From contig NC_087250.1 of the NCBI RefSeq assembly GCF_037042905.1, positions 20,400,001 to 20,464,000 on the forward strand: 64,000 nt of DNA, in the 5' to 3' direction. The stretch comes from Lytechinus pictus (taxonomy: Eukaryota). Below, one piece after another: positions 25,583-38,067 of the stretch. Each line of letters opens with the position of its first letter. Within the stretch, counting starts at the first letter, position 1. Made by a program: the position numbers and the translations under genes. The notes beneath the pieces were generated by a model. It did no database searches. It was not told the DNA's origin and worked only from the letters and a program-made list of their open reading frames with translations.

Positions 25583-26422
25583 ATGGAGGATCTTCACTCA
25601 CATCTAAACCACAGTATGTCACCATCAGATGACCCTGATCATCATTCTGACATTAGTACGGTAAGAATATAACGGGCAGTTCCCGGATGTTGCTAGCTTC
25701 AAGCAGTTCCAAGGGGTTGGATAAAAATAGGAGTTTTACCCATCACACGTCACACTATATAAATTAATTTATGTGCTTGTCCTCTACACATATTCCAATA
25801 GGCATATGATTATGGCGGGGCCGGGGGTTGAATTAAATTTTTTTTTTTCTTTCTTTGCATTTTTAACACACCATATTTAACTCTGTCACACGATGTTGGT
25901 TTTATCTATTGTCTTTGAAGTAATTTTGATTTATTTTATGTCCTTTTTTTTAAAGATGATCATTATACTGTATAGGGGTACATTTCAAGAAACAAATAGT
26001 CGTTGATATTTCACCAGCTAATGTTATTAAGCTACCGAAATCACTCCATCTGATTCGCTCAGAACGAATTCCACAGCCTGAGCAACCTATCGTTATAATA
26101 ATCGTTATTTTATGCTGTCCTTTTGAAAAACGGCTATGAAACGACGAATTTTGTCCACGTCGGACACCTTTGCTCACTGTGTTCGCAATATTATTGAAAA
26201 TCTCTTTTTCTACTACTACTACTACTTCTACTACTTCTACTACTACTACTATTACTACTACTACTACAATACTACTACTACTACTACTTCTACTACTATA
26301 CTACTGACCCCTCCGTCTTTTCTCTTTCTTCTCCCTCTTCGTCTTTCTTCTTCTTCATTTCCTTCTTCTTCTTCTTCTACTAAATACGTACTACTCCTCC
26401 TCTAATTCTTATTATTCTTCTT

Positions 26423-26457
<35 letters not shown>

Positions 26458-29400
26458 GCTACTACTACAACCCCATACTACTTCTTCTTATATTCGTCTT
26501 CTTCTTTTTCTTCGTATTTCTGATCTCTTTCTACTTCTTCTTGTTCTGCTCTTCTTTTTCTTCTTCTTCTTTTTTTCTTCTTTTTCTTCTTCTTCTCCTT
26601 CTTCTTCTTCCCATCCTCTTCTCTTTCTTCTTCTTCTTCTTCTCTTTCTTCTCTTTCTCTTTTCCTTCTTCTTCTTCTTCTCTTTTTTCTTCTTATCTCC
26701 TTTTTTCTTTTTCTTCTTCTTCTTATCTCCTTTATTTCATTTTTTTTCATGATACACTCCTCCACAGGCCTTGCTCGATACCCTCTCATTAACCCGGGTC
26801 TATCTCAGCGCTGCCGGAGTCTTTATCGCTCTCTTCGGGATGGGTTGCGTCATATCCATCAAAGATTTCTCTGAGCGGGAGAACCACCTCTCAAAGAGTG
26901 TGGTCATCGGCCTCGCCTTCCAGTCTTTCATCCAACCCGCCATCGGGTACGCTCTCGCTCTCCTACTCGACATGAAAGAGAACGAGGCGTTGACCATCAT
27001 CATGCTCGCGATCTCGCCGGTGTCGCCGCTGTGTGCTGTCCTGGTTTATTACGGCGAAGGCGTCGTCATTGTCGGGTTCGTATGCTGTTTGATCTAAATC
27101 AACGCGAATGTACGTAAATATGTGACATCAGATATAGTTTCCGGGGGATCTGAATTCTAAATAATGAAAAATATAATAGATCTATTTTTTGTCATTCTGA
27201 ACAAAACTTAAATAATATGCATGAACTAAAATACGATTGCTCCTGTATACAGAGGCAGCGTCACTACAGAGATGGGGGTGGGGGCGAGGGTTCACCCCCC
27301 CCCCTGTGATTTTTCAAGAAGTGAAACTCCAGGAAGAAGAAAAAGAAGGAAGAGGAAAGGAGAGTAGATCTAAATGCGACCGCACACCTTACGATTGGTC
27401 TGCATGCGACCCGATTTCAGAATAAAATGTAGTAGAATTTGATGCTAATATTGAGACTTGGAATATCTTACTATGTAATGTTCTAAATCGTCGTACGAAT
27501 ACCTATGTTCAAATCTGTGACTATGCTATCATCCTTCTTAGAATAAAAGCGAATTTAATATCTAGTCGTAATGACGTCATAGCAGTCGTACGATTGGCTA
27601 AGATTTGAAACTTATTTGGCCTTTACTCCACAATAAAAGCTTGCAATCTTTCAAAATAGTTATATTAGTATTCTTTCAATTAATTTTAACCTCAAATAAA
27701 ATGATATGTTCCATTCACATTTTCAGAAAACGAGCAAAAGTCTATTTGTTCCAAAATCGGATCGCGAACAGTCGTAAGGTGTGCGGTGGCCTTAACAGAC
27801 AACTGAGGTTTGGAGTGTGTTCTTGCACTTCCAATAATAAAAAAAAGAATTTTAAACTTTTTAGTCATATCTTTATACATTCAGAATATAGGTGATGACA
27901 GATACGTCCTCGTTTTCTTAACACTAGGCTTTGCTTGGCCATGCTCTCTACTGCCCTCTCCGTCGGTCTCATTCCATTTTGGTTCTCTCTCTACTCGACT
28001 ACCTGGTCCCACGAGTATTACGTCATTGCTCCGCCAATCAACATCGTACTGACAGAGCTGTTGATATTCTTTCCTACCCTACTAGGGGTGATGTACCAGA
28101 GGAGGTTCGGGAAACTCAAGGGGAGATTGATGGCCAAGGTAAGGTCTAGGATCAGCTCAGGGGCGGATCCATGCAGGATTTTCCCGATGAAAATCTGACA
28201 AGCCCCCCCCCCCCTCAAAAAAAAAAAATGTCTTCACTTTCAAAATTGGGGCACACTTTGGTAAAAATGGTATATTTACATTGCAAATTTTGATTATGGC
28301 TCTCAAAAGGGGGGCACGGGCCTGCTGCCCCGCCACCTGGATCCACCAGTGGATCAGCTTTATTTGGGGAGAAGAATGATCGAGATAAGGAGAGTGCGTG
28401 TTCCTTCTTTTAAAAATAACCCAATTCCCTCTATCGCCTGGTATCATGTTCGTAGAGTATACTCTTCAAAAGGATTATAACCATGCATTGATGAATTTGT
28501 CCGTCCAACAAATAATGGTAAAAATCAACCAATTTCCAATCTGGGCAGATAATTCAAATTAACTGGTTTCAAATCGATCCGATTCATTGGTAACTGGAAA
28601 TAATCTCCAATTGGAAACCAATTGGAAGTAATTTCCAACTGGAGAAATACTCGGCTGGTTCCTATTAGAAGTCATTTCCATTTTAAGTCATGTCCTATTA
28701 CCAGGCCTGTTACCCAATACAGTTTTCAGTAACTGGAACCAGTTGGGCAAGTAAAAATCCCAACTGTTGTGATTTCTACTTGCCTAACTGGTTCCAGTAT
28801 AGAAGTCATTTTGGTTACCCAACTGGTAACTGGTTCCAGTTGGGATGTTCAGTTACCGAAGTGGTTCTAGTTGTGATGTCCAGTTGCCCAACTGGTTCCA
28901 GTAAGAAGCCATTTGGTTCCAGCCGGCCCACCTGGTTCCAATTAGGATTTCCAGTTACTGTTTCCAATTGAAACCAGTTGAAGCCAATTGAAACCAGTTG
29001 GATCGATATCCAACCGGTTCTCTTCATCACCTACCTCATTTTTCTTTTCATTCTCATCTCAGATATGCAGCTTCGGCTTCTGGATAGCTTCCATAGTTAG
29101 TCCAATCGTGAACGCCGGTGTCAATCCCGACTTCTATGACGTTTCGTGGCAGATTTGGGTCGGCGCCATTTGTCTTCCGGTCATCGGATTCGTGTGCGGC
29201 CTGGTCTTCGCTCTCTTCGCAAGCCTCCCTTTCGACGTCTGCAGCGCTATCTCCCTCGCCGTCGGCGTCCCGAACGTCTACATCATGAGCCAGATCTCGG
29301 AGCGGTACCTGTCGGCTGATCCGAATACCTTGCACGACGTGCACGGTATTATCAACATCTTCAGCTTTGTCATGCCAATAGAGGGTTTCATCTGGGCAAT

Positions 29401-29554
29401 ATTGTATCGTGTCATCGAGGAAATGTTCGTGAAGTTGACACCAACTTGTTGCTCCGGCGGTATTGATGATGCAGATGACAGTGATACGAAAAGATTGTTG
29501 GTCAACATGGACAGTGGTACCGAGAGCGCAGAGAATGCAGAGAGTGCTACTTGA
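25583..29554 (+). CDS. SLC10 (bile acid:sodium symporter, ASBT/NTCP-like) family membrane protein, ~362 aa, divergent
   Basis: Exons 25583-25660 (MEDLHSHLNHS...DIST), 26768-27075, 27928-28138, 29063-29554; GT-AG and phase consistent. SLC10-like segments: LFGMGC, IGLAFQSFIQPAIGYALA, LSVGLIPFW, LPVIGFVCG, AISLAVGVPN. Many hydrophobic helices and an N-terminal NHS sequon. The first coding exon is less certain than the others. Confidence 0.85.
26210..26750. repeat. (CTA)n and (CTT)n microsatellite / polypyrimidine block upstream of SLC10 exon 2
   Basis: Directly visible triplet runs. Confidence 0.9.
27376..27795. mobile_element. MITE (gaccgcacaccttacga ... tcgtaaggtgtgcggtggcc); copies ~33073-33960 (interrupted) and inverted ~35400-35902
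   Basis: TIR and shared internal sequence among copies. Confidence 0.7.
28550..29025. repeat. Low-complexity short-period repeat (aactggtt/ttccaatt)
   Basis: Many recurrences of aactggtt, ccagtt and ccaatt. Confidence 0.7.
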
Positions 29555-29574
29555 ATGACCAGCGGCCGTCAAAT

Positions 29575-30165
29575 GCCCGGCTGGGGAGGGGGGGGCAGTC
29601 AAATGTATTGCTGTACACGTACGTGACCAAATTATTTCCAAACACCCCCTAAACAAGATTTTCGCGGGCTTCACACATTTTTTACCCCTAAAAAAGTTGT
29701 CGACATGCATATATACTGTACTCACTTAAGCAGTGCGCGTGGACAAAAATACTGTATGTGACAAATTTCACGATCTGTTTTCTCGTTTCCCAGGCCCGTT
29801 CCCATATGCAGGGTCGTTGCTTTACAATCGGGAAGAACCCGAACACTTTTCAGAAACGAGGAGGAAAAAGCCGCGGGGAAACATACCCTTAACAAGTTTG
29901 GCTAGTGTTATAGAAAAGAAAATTTGGTTGAAAAAACTTACCCTAAATACGTTTGACCCCGCGATTGACCATTGACCATGCTTTCAAAACCACCTTTTTT
30001 GTTTTTTGAAAATTTGTGTTTTTAATACCCTTAACGAGTGCATGTGCGGCCCGCGTCCAAAAAAAAAAAAAAATCGTTTTAGTAACGTGTTTTTTTTTGG
30101 TCACGCATGTGTACAGCAATATATTTGACTGGCCGCCCTCCCCCCCCCCGGGGGGGGGGGGGGGG
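29575..30165. mobile_element. MITE with ~45-bp TIR just after the SLC10 stop codon
   Basis: cagtcaaatgtattgctgtacacgtacgtgaccaaa / tttggtcacgcatgtgtacagcaatatatttgactg with poly-G/C ends. Confidence 0.75.
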
Positions 30166-31499
30166 TCAGAGGCCGTATGGCCTGGCGCTAAAGGGCGATA
30201 AATGCCAATTCAACTTGTTCAGGGAGGAATTAATCCTTGCTTCACTTGACAATGGGGAGAAAATTAGAATGTTTCATATAATAAAATACAAAAGAAATAG
30301 TGAGTTGATGATGTCTTCAGTCTTCTCATTTGCACACCGACCAGGGTGTGCATACAACTATTTTGTGAAATTAAGTGAAACTTTAAAAAGTCATAACTTT
30401 TTTATTTTACATCCAATTTTGATGAAATTTTCAGTGTTATGCTTGCTGGATTTTTCTCTTTTTATTCAACCAAACTTTTTGTTGGGTGGATTGTACTTTA
30501 AGTATATGGAACTATAATCTTAAATGTATTCTGTGCAATGGTAAATTAACCAAATAATATGATAAGATATATGATTATGATTTGAGATGAGATACATGAT
30601 ATAGCCCATTTGTCAGGTGGCAGTATATAAGTTGAACCAATGATCTGAATAGAGTACAAATCAGTAGGTTGAACCAACGAACCTCCAGGGCATGAAAACT
30701 TTGCCGGTGTTGCTGCCCTCTACGTTCCGCCGTTGGATTGTACAAAATAGGTATAATAAAGTTATTGAACAACTCGTGGGATCACGCGCGTAAAACACTT
30801 CCCATATACACTCGTGTTTTAAAATGGCACTGTTAAAAAAAAATCATATAAAAATAAAGTTGAAATTAGAGCGTCGAATGTTTACTACCAGTGGATAGGA
30901 TTATATCTGACATTCCATATCTGACCACATAAGGGTATTTCAGCTCATTTTGAAAAATAAATCGGCATTCATAAAGAAATCTCCTGACGGGTTAAAATTC
31001 ATCACCTGAAAAAGTAAAATAGCCCTAATTCCTCCGCCAGCCAAAATAGTTCCAAAGACATCAATATTTCTTCAAAATTTTGCCAAATTAGAAAGTTCAG
31101 TATAGTTGCCCCCCCCCTATAATCAGTGTCATATTCATATTTGTCAATCAGCAATATATCAAATGAAAACAAACTTAGTATGGGTTGGGTCAAATGAATA
31201 TATCTTTTGCCTTCCAGTTGGCTCGTGGCACCTCATCTACCGATTGGAAGAAACGGGGAAGAGATAGCGGCGAAGTGGAAACAAAAACCCTTACAGTCAA
31301 GTGCCTTTATGATATTTCTTGGTTGATCTGCTAAAAATGATTCATTTATATTTTACTATGTTCATTCACCTATATTTCCGTAGGGGGTGTTTCACAAACT
31401 GACTTAATTTTAAATTCCTATATAGTTGCGTGCGTTACATAAAAGGCATCACCGCGTTGCAGTGAGTGACATAAGTAGTAAACGTTTTTATAATCTGAT

Positions 31500-31800
31500 A
31501 TGTTTAAGACCGAATTATACGAAAAGATGTTTTTGGGGAAAATATATTGCAGACTGATATTTACTGGTTTTCTGTGTTTAAAAGAAACTTGACATGTACA
31601 GATGAGCTTCGTTTACGAGAGTTTAGTTTTAAACTTTTATACAATTTATTACCCGTTAGAAGTAATCTTTTTAAATGGGGTCTTGCTGACGATAAATATT
31701 GTCCGCACTGCCATGTTAAAGAAGACTTAATACACGCTTTTACTGAGTGTAATTTGAACAAACAGTTCTTTTCTCATGTTAGGAGTGTTGTGTATACTTT
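31500..31800 (+). mobile_element. LINE (L1/Tx1-like) ORF2 C-terminal zinc-finger fragment
   Basis: LREFSFKLLYNLLPVRSNLFKWG..CPHC..EDLIHAFTEC resembles the zf-RVT CCHC pattern. Confidence 0.75.
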
Positions 31801-34036
31801 TAATGTCGCATTTTGTGCAACACCTCAGTCCGGGTTGGTAAAGAAAAGTGGTATAGTTACATCACCAAAAAAGAACATGATTAATGGCGCAGTCACATTT
31901 CCCCTTCGGAGAGTCGAAAATAGCCGTTTGAACATTTTCTGTACCAGCTACATATAGGTGGTTTGAATAAAAATGAATAAAACGGCTGTTTTCGACTCGC
32001 TGTACGACCGCCGTACTGGGGAAATGTGACTGCAGCATTAAACTATATTTCAAATGGCACACAGGCGGTCGGTTTGTGATGGTTTCTCGTGGTGTCATTT
32101 GACTGCAATATATTATTATTCATGTCATTTGATTTGATTGGTGTTGGTAAAAGCGCTGGAATTATGCGAGAACTTTCGTATATCAATTATGTCGTATTTC
32201 GTCTTTAATTTGTGGTGTTTATGTAATTGTGTACATCATGTATTTTTACACATTTCCTTTATTAAAAATAAGGGAAAATTGATAAATGTTAACAGTATTA
32301 AAGTTGACGGTGAAATTATAAATAGCGAATAATCATGAATAATCGAATTTATAAAGTCTGTGTTATCGTGAAGTGTTTTTTTTTAATGATCATATTCATT
32401 AAATTCAATTCTATTCATGGTTTATCAAAAAGACATGCCTTGCAGAACTGAATTGCACAAGTTTACAGTCTCAATTTCAATTTCAAGGCATAAAATTACG
32501 ATTGAAATCATTTACATAGAGAATCATTGATAAAAGTAATAAAACAACTAGTAAAGGTCAAGTCCACCCCGATAAAAGTTGATTTGAATAAAAAGAGAAA
32601 AATCAAAGAAGCATAACACTGAAAATTTCATCGAAATCGGATGTAAAATAAGAAAGTTATGATATTTTAAAGTGTCGGTTATTTTTCAAAAGTTATGCAC
32701 AACTCGGTGATATGCAAATGAGAGAGTTGATGATGTACCTCGCCATTTCTTTTTGTTTTTATATTTACAGATGTTCGGGGAGGAATCAAACTTAGTTTCA
32801 AATGACAAATGAAGAGAAAATTAGAATATTTCTTATTCCATGTAATGAAATACAAAAGAAATAGTGAGTGGATGATGTCATCAGTTTCCTCATTTTCATA
32901 CCAGGCCAGTATGTGAATATAACTATTTCGTGAAATTAAGTAAAACTTTAAAATGTCATAACTTTCCTATTTTACATCAAATTTTGATGAAATTTTCAGT
33001 GTTATGCTTCTTTGATTTTCCTCTTTTTATTGAAACTGACTTTTGGTTGGGGTACGTGGACTTGACCTATATAGGCCACCGCACACCTTACGATTGGTCT
33101 GCGACCCGATTTGGGAATAGAATTTGATGCTGACGGATATTGAGACAAGACATGGAATATCTTATTTTATATCCTACCTAGAGTAAATCCTGTATAGTGA
33201 TTGGTTCAAGTAGCATCATGTGACCGAATATATTTCAACTATGATGTTGCGTGACGTCAGACCTCGATATATTTTTGGATATACCAATATTATGACGTCA
33301 TTATTTCACAAAACTGGATATCTCGGCGCACCGGCTTGCGCGCTCTCTCTCCCGGGCGCGCAAGTCCAGCGCGATGCGTCAGCGCAGACACTAATCTGCA
33401 CAGAGATACGATCTTACGTATTTAAGCTCGGAGAAAAGTAGGTAATTCAACGCAAGTAACAGGACTTTGCATGCTCAGCGCATGGATTTTGGTTATAAAT
33501 TATTAAAAGTAGGATATAAAACAAATATACCAGGCGTTTCATTCGAAAGCATAGTGGGAATTATTAATCCTCGGTTGGACTGGCAAAACTACTATATTTC
33601 CCTCGGGGCTTCGCCCCTCGGGAACAATAGTAATTGCCAGACCAACCTCGGATAAATAATTCCACTATACTTTCTCAAAGCCTGATATATTTGTTTAGTG
33701 TAATGTTCGAAATCATCGTACGAATACCTGTGTTCAAATCTGTGACACGTCTTAGCAATCGTACAATCGGCTACGATTTGAAACCAATTTGACCTGTGCT
33801 CCAAAATAAAGGCATGAAATCATCAAACATTCGTATATTAGCATTTCAGTTATAATTTGAACCTCAAATAAAAATGTACTTTTCATTCACATTTTTAGAA
33901 AATGAGCGAATTACGTTAAAATCGAATCGTGGACCAGTCGAAAGATGTGGGATGACCTTTAGTGTACATGTCAAAATTTATAAAATATAATCATAATTAT
34001 GAACCTTTATTTCGAAGGACCGCCAGAGAGGAATCA

Positions 34037-35397
34037 GGGGCCCTTTGTACAAAGAGTTACGATCAATCACAACTCTGAAAAATCAATCACAACTTGTTTT
34101 GCAACCAATCAAAAACGCGTATTTTAACACAGCTGGTGGATGTTTCATAAAGCTGTTCGTAAGTTAAGAGCGACTTTCAGAACGACTGGTGATCCTTTCT
34201 TGTGGTAAATGGTATATTCATTGGTGATGGTTTAGCGCGTAAGAAAGGATCACCAGTCGTTCTTAAAGTCGCTCTTAACTTTTACGAACAGCTTTATGAA
34301 ACGGCCCCCTGGGGTCCGTTGCAGAAAGAGTTGCGTTTAAGGACGTTCCACAGTTAAAGTGAAATCCATGTCATTTTCACCAAACTTTGCACATAGATAC
34401 TTTAGAACCTTAATATTCGAAATATGCAAAAATTAACATAGGTCCATGTGCTTGATTTTTTGCTATAGAGCTTCAAAGTTCACCCAAATTGATGTTCTTA
34501 AGAATTGCGCATTCAAAAGAATTTGGCATTTTTAGACCGCCCAAGATTACTACAATGAGTTTAAACCACTATTACTCAGTCAAAATACATGAAAAAGTCA
34601 TCAAATTTCGCAAGAGAGTTAATAATTATATCGTTAGAATGGTGAATCTATTTATAGTGCTATTTGTTTGCAATTTTAAGTTTAACAGCACTGTCAGTTT
34701 TTAAAAAAGGCGTAAACGATAACAAAATCCCAATCTCAAAAATGTAAAATTTCAGTAAGAAACTACGAACGTACAATAAATGCTGCACTTTATTCAAAAT
34801 CCATGTCATTTTCACCAAAATTTGCAGAGTTGTAGAGGAAGGTATACCTAAGAGGTACAAACATTAAAAAATAGGGGTTCATGTGCTTGTTTTTAAACTA
34901 TCAGCATTTTTATTAGAGCAAATGTGCTTTTTAAAACACCATAAATGCGCCGAATGCTTTGCATCTATGTGAAGAAAAAATCAAAACCACTCTACCATTT
35001 ATTCAAACTCGGGGTAATATTCGTGATTCTTGGCAGCAATGCGGAGTAAAATATTTTGCAATTGTAGAATTTTTTTTTGGAATGGTCCATGGAATAATTC
35101 CATTTTTTAGCTTCATGAAATAACGCATCGGATCTGCTCTTAAAGTGCAGAAGATGAGAGAAATCAGCTCATACCCGCAGCTAATTAATCACCTGTTCAT
35201 CCATTGTGACGTCAGTGCGCAGCGTGTAAACTATGCGCAGATCATAATGCGCAAAAACATAACTGTGCAACGTCCTTAAACGCAAGTCAAAAAATCAATC
35301 GCAAGTCCAAAATGCGCTCTGTTGATTGGTTGAAAATCAAGTTGCGCATGATTTTTAGAGTTGCGTTTGATTGCTACTCTTTCTGCAACGGGCCCCT
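34037..35397. mobile_element. Stack of nested/adjacent MITEs, including a TTAA-flanked element at 34341-35275
   Basis: ttaa|ggacgtt...aacgtcc|ttaa inside ggggtccgttgcagaaagag...ctttctgcaacgggcccc; adjacent gtttcataaagctgttcgtaag MITE (copies ~50420-50600 and ~57693-57870). Confidence 0.8.
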
Positions 35398-36039
35398 GCT
35401 ATTGCAAAGGAAGCATTTTATTAAAGCTGGCCAACATCCGACTTTAGAACAAATTACATCTTGCTCATTTCCTTAAAATGTGTACGATATTTTTATTCGA
35501 GGTCTAAATTAACTGAAAGAATAGGCCTACTAATGTTGGTTGATTGGAAGACTTTATTTCAGAGTAAAGGCCAAATTAGTTAAAAATCCTCAACGATTGC
35601 TATGACGTCATTACGGCTAGATAATAAATTCGCTATGCGCTGCCTGGACATGGGGCATCTTCCTGTACAATGTTCTTAATCACCGTACCCAATACGAATA
35701 CATATAAATGTTCAAATCTCTTATCATGCTATCATTCTTATTAAATCTAATAGCATAACAACATATTTGAACATAATTTATGTAGGCCTAGTAGCTTTTC
35801 GTATGGAGATTAAGAACATTACACAGTAAAATATTCCATGTCATCTACTACGTTTTACTCCAAAATCGGGTCGCAGACCAATTGTTAGGTGGGCGGTGGC
35901 CTAGCTGATAGAGATTTTTTTACAAGTCCTGTTTTATCTGACAGTTACCATGGTAACAATGCTTTTCGACCAGCCAATCAAAATCAAGGAAAGTTGTCAT
36001 ATCTGACAACTTGTCGGAAAAAAAGTGTTGATGAAACAC

Positions 36040-37352
36040 AGTGGCGTACCGTGAATCACGGCATGGGGGGGGGGGGCACCAGCAAAAAAATTGGAGTCAC
36101 TAGTGAGCGCGCGAAGCGCACTCGGTTGCCAGGTATACTAACCTAATAGAGACATTTTAAGGACAGTGCCATTAAATGGATATGTATCTCACTGATTAGT
36201 GCGAGAGCGAAGCGCGAGCTGAAAATTTTTGATATTCAGACCTAAAAAGGGACATTTTAATCAAATTTTTGTAATCATGATACGTACCTGTCTCGCTTTA
36301 ACAATACGAGCGCGAAGCGCGAGCTAAAATTTATGTATATATTGACCCCAAACAGTGAGATTTGAGGACTATATTTTAGAAATCCATTAATTAAGAGTAT
36401 ACATATCTCACCAGTCATCTAATACGAGTGCCAAGCGCTTCCTGATTTTGTTATAATTACATCTAACACAGGAAGCACTTGTAATTAACATACGCATCTC
36501 ACTGAGCTGAAAAATTAGGAAATTCAGACCTGAAGGGGAGCATTTTAAGACTTGTTTGTAGGAATTCACGAAGACCATACGTATTTCACTAATCAAATGA
36601 TGCGAGCGCAAAGCGCGAGCTTTACTTTTTGTATATATTGACTCCAAACAGGGATATTTTAAGGACTATCTTTTTAAGGAATCTCACCATAGTCATCTAA
36701 TGCGAGTGCCAAGCGTTGGCTTATTTTGTTAGAATTACATCTTAACACATGAAGCACTTGTAGTCATTGTAATCATGATTAACATATGCATCTTACTGAT
36801 CAAATATTGCGAGCGCGAAGCGTGAGCTGAAAATTTAGGAAATTCAGACATGAAGAGGGGCATTTTAAGGCTTGTTTGTAGGAATCCCCTAAAACCATAC
36901 GTACTAACCAAATGATGCGAGCGCGAGCTGACAATTTTTGATATTCAGATCAGAAAAGTGACATTTTAAGGAGTGATTTTAGGAATTCATGGAGAGCAGA
37001 CATATCTCACCAATCCACTAATGTGAACGTAAGCACGAACAGGAAATGTTTTATATTACAACCTTAAAATGGGGCAATCACTATAAGTAGTCATGAAAAA
37101 GAAGCATATGTCACTACATAAAACAATAATATCTCGAAGTGTGAGGAAATATATTTAGTGTATATTGACTTGAAAATGGGAGGTTTTAGTACATTGGGAT
37201 TATATATGTAATATATAACATAATGAACAATAATTTCTTCTTTCCCACTACGTTTCTCTTCCTTTCTCCCTCTTTTTCTCCTTTTCCCTGTTTTTTTTTG
37301 TCACCCGATGGGGGGGGGGGGGGGGCACGTGCCCACAATAGTTACGCCAATG
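36040..37352. mobile_element. TIR element with internal gcgagcgcgaagcgcgagct repeats
   Basis: cagtggcgta ... tacgccaatg ends; poly-G arms; repeated internal modules. Confidence 0.7.
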
Positions 37353-37431
37353 CACACACACGTGCGCCCCACGTATATCTCCCCTCTTTGACACACAGAC
37401 ACACACACACGCCCACTTTTAATTATATACT

Positions 37432-38067
37432 AATGAGGCCGGAAGTTTACATACTGTACACCCAGGAGATTCAAAGAAAAGTTGACACTTTCCAAACATC
37501 ATAAAATTGACTGTATCTTATAAAATATTTTTGCTGTCATGACGAATTTGATATCAAACAAATGAGTATGTCAAGCCCCTTCATCACATTGCTTTGTCAT
37601 CAGGAGCTGAAAAAAATATTTAGGTGTTATTTTCCCCCAAAATCTTCATATTTTAGTCAATTAAAAATAAAAATTTGACAAAAATATTTCATATTTGTGC
37701 TAGTTACTTTTCAACAGAAACATTTCAGATTACACTTTTTTGTTCAGTGGTAACATATGACAGAAAAAATAATATAAATCATAGATTTGACATTTATATA
37801 TTTCTATGAAACGATGTTTGAAAATATGACAAAATACATTTGGCACGAAAATTACTTTTTTCCTTCAAAGACAATTCCACCTGAAATATACTTTAATCCC
37901 AACAGCGTCCCAATCATGTGAAAGAGCTTAATATGCTCTTTCATTTGATACCAAATTCATCATGGTAGTATTTACATTTCTGAAGATATAGTAAATTTTA
38001 CGATGTTTGACAAGCGAACAAATTTCACTGAATTCCATGGGTGTATGTAAACTTTTGGCCTCAACTG
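37432..38067. mobile_element. Tc1-like MITE; left-end fragment also at 51240-51340
   Basis: TIR cagttgaggccggaagtttacatacac / gtgtatgtaaacttttggcctcaactg followed by TA. Confidence 0.75.

Noticed and set aside
24550..26792. Poly-His, poly-Met, poly-Tyr and Lys/Arg/Glu-rich ORFs (also 38930-39142 and 53014-53599)
   Set aside because: Translations of microsatellites.
29054..29725. 223-aa minus-strand ORF
   Set aside because: Antisense shadow of the GC-rich SLC10 last exon; no recognisable motifs.
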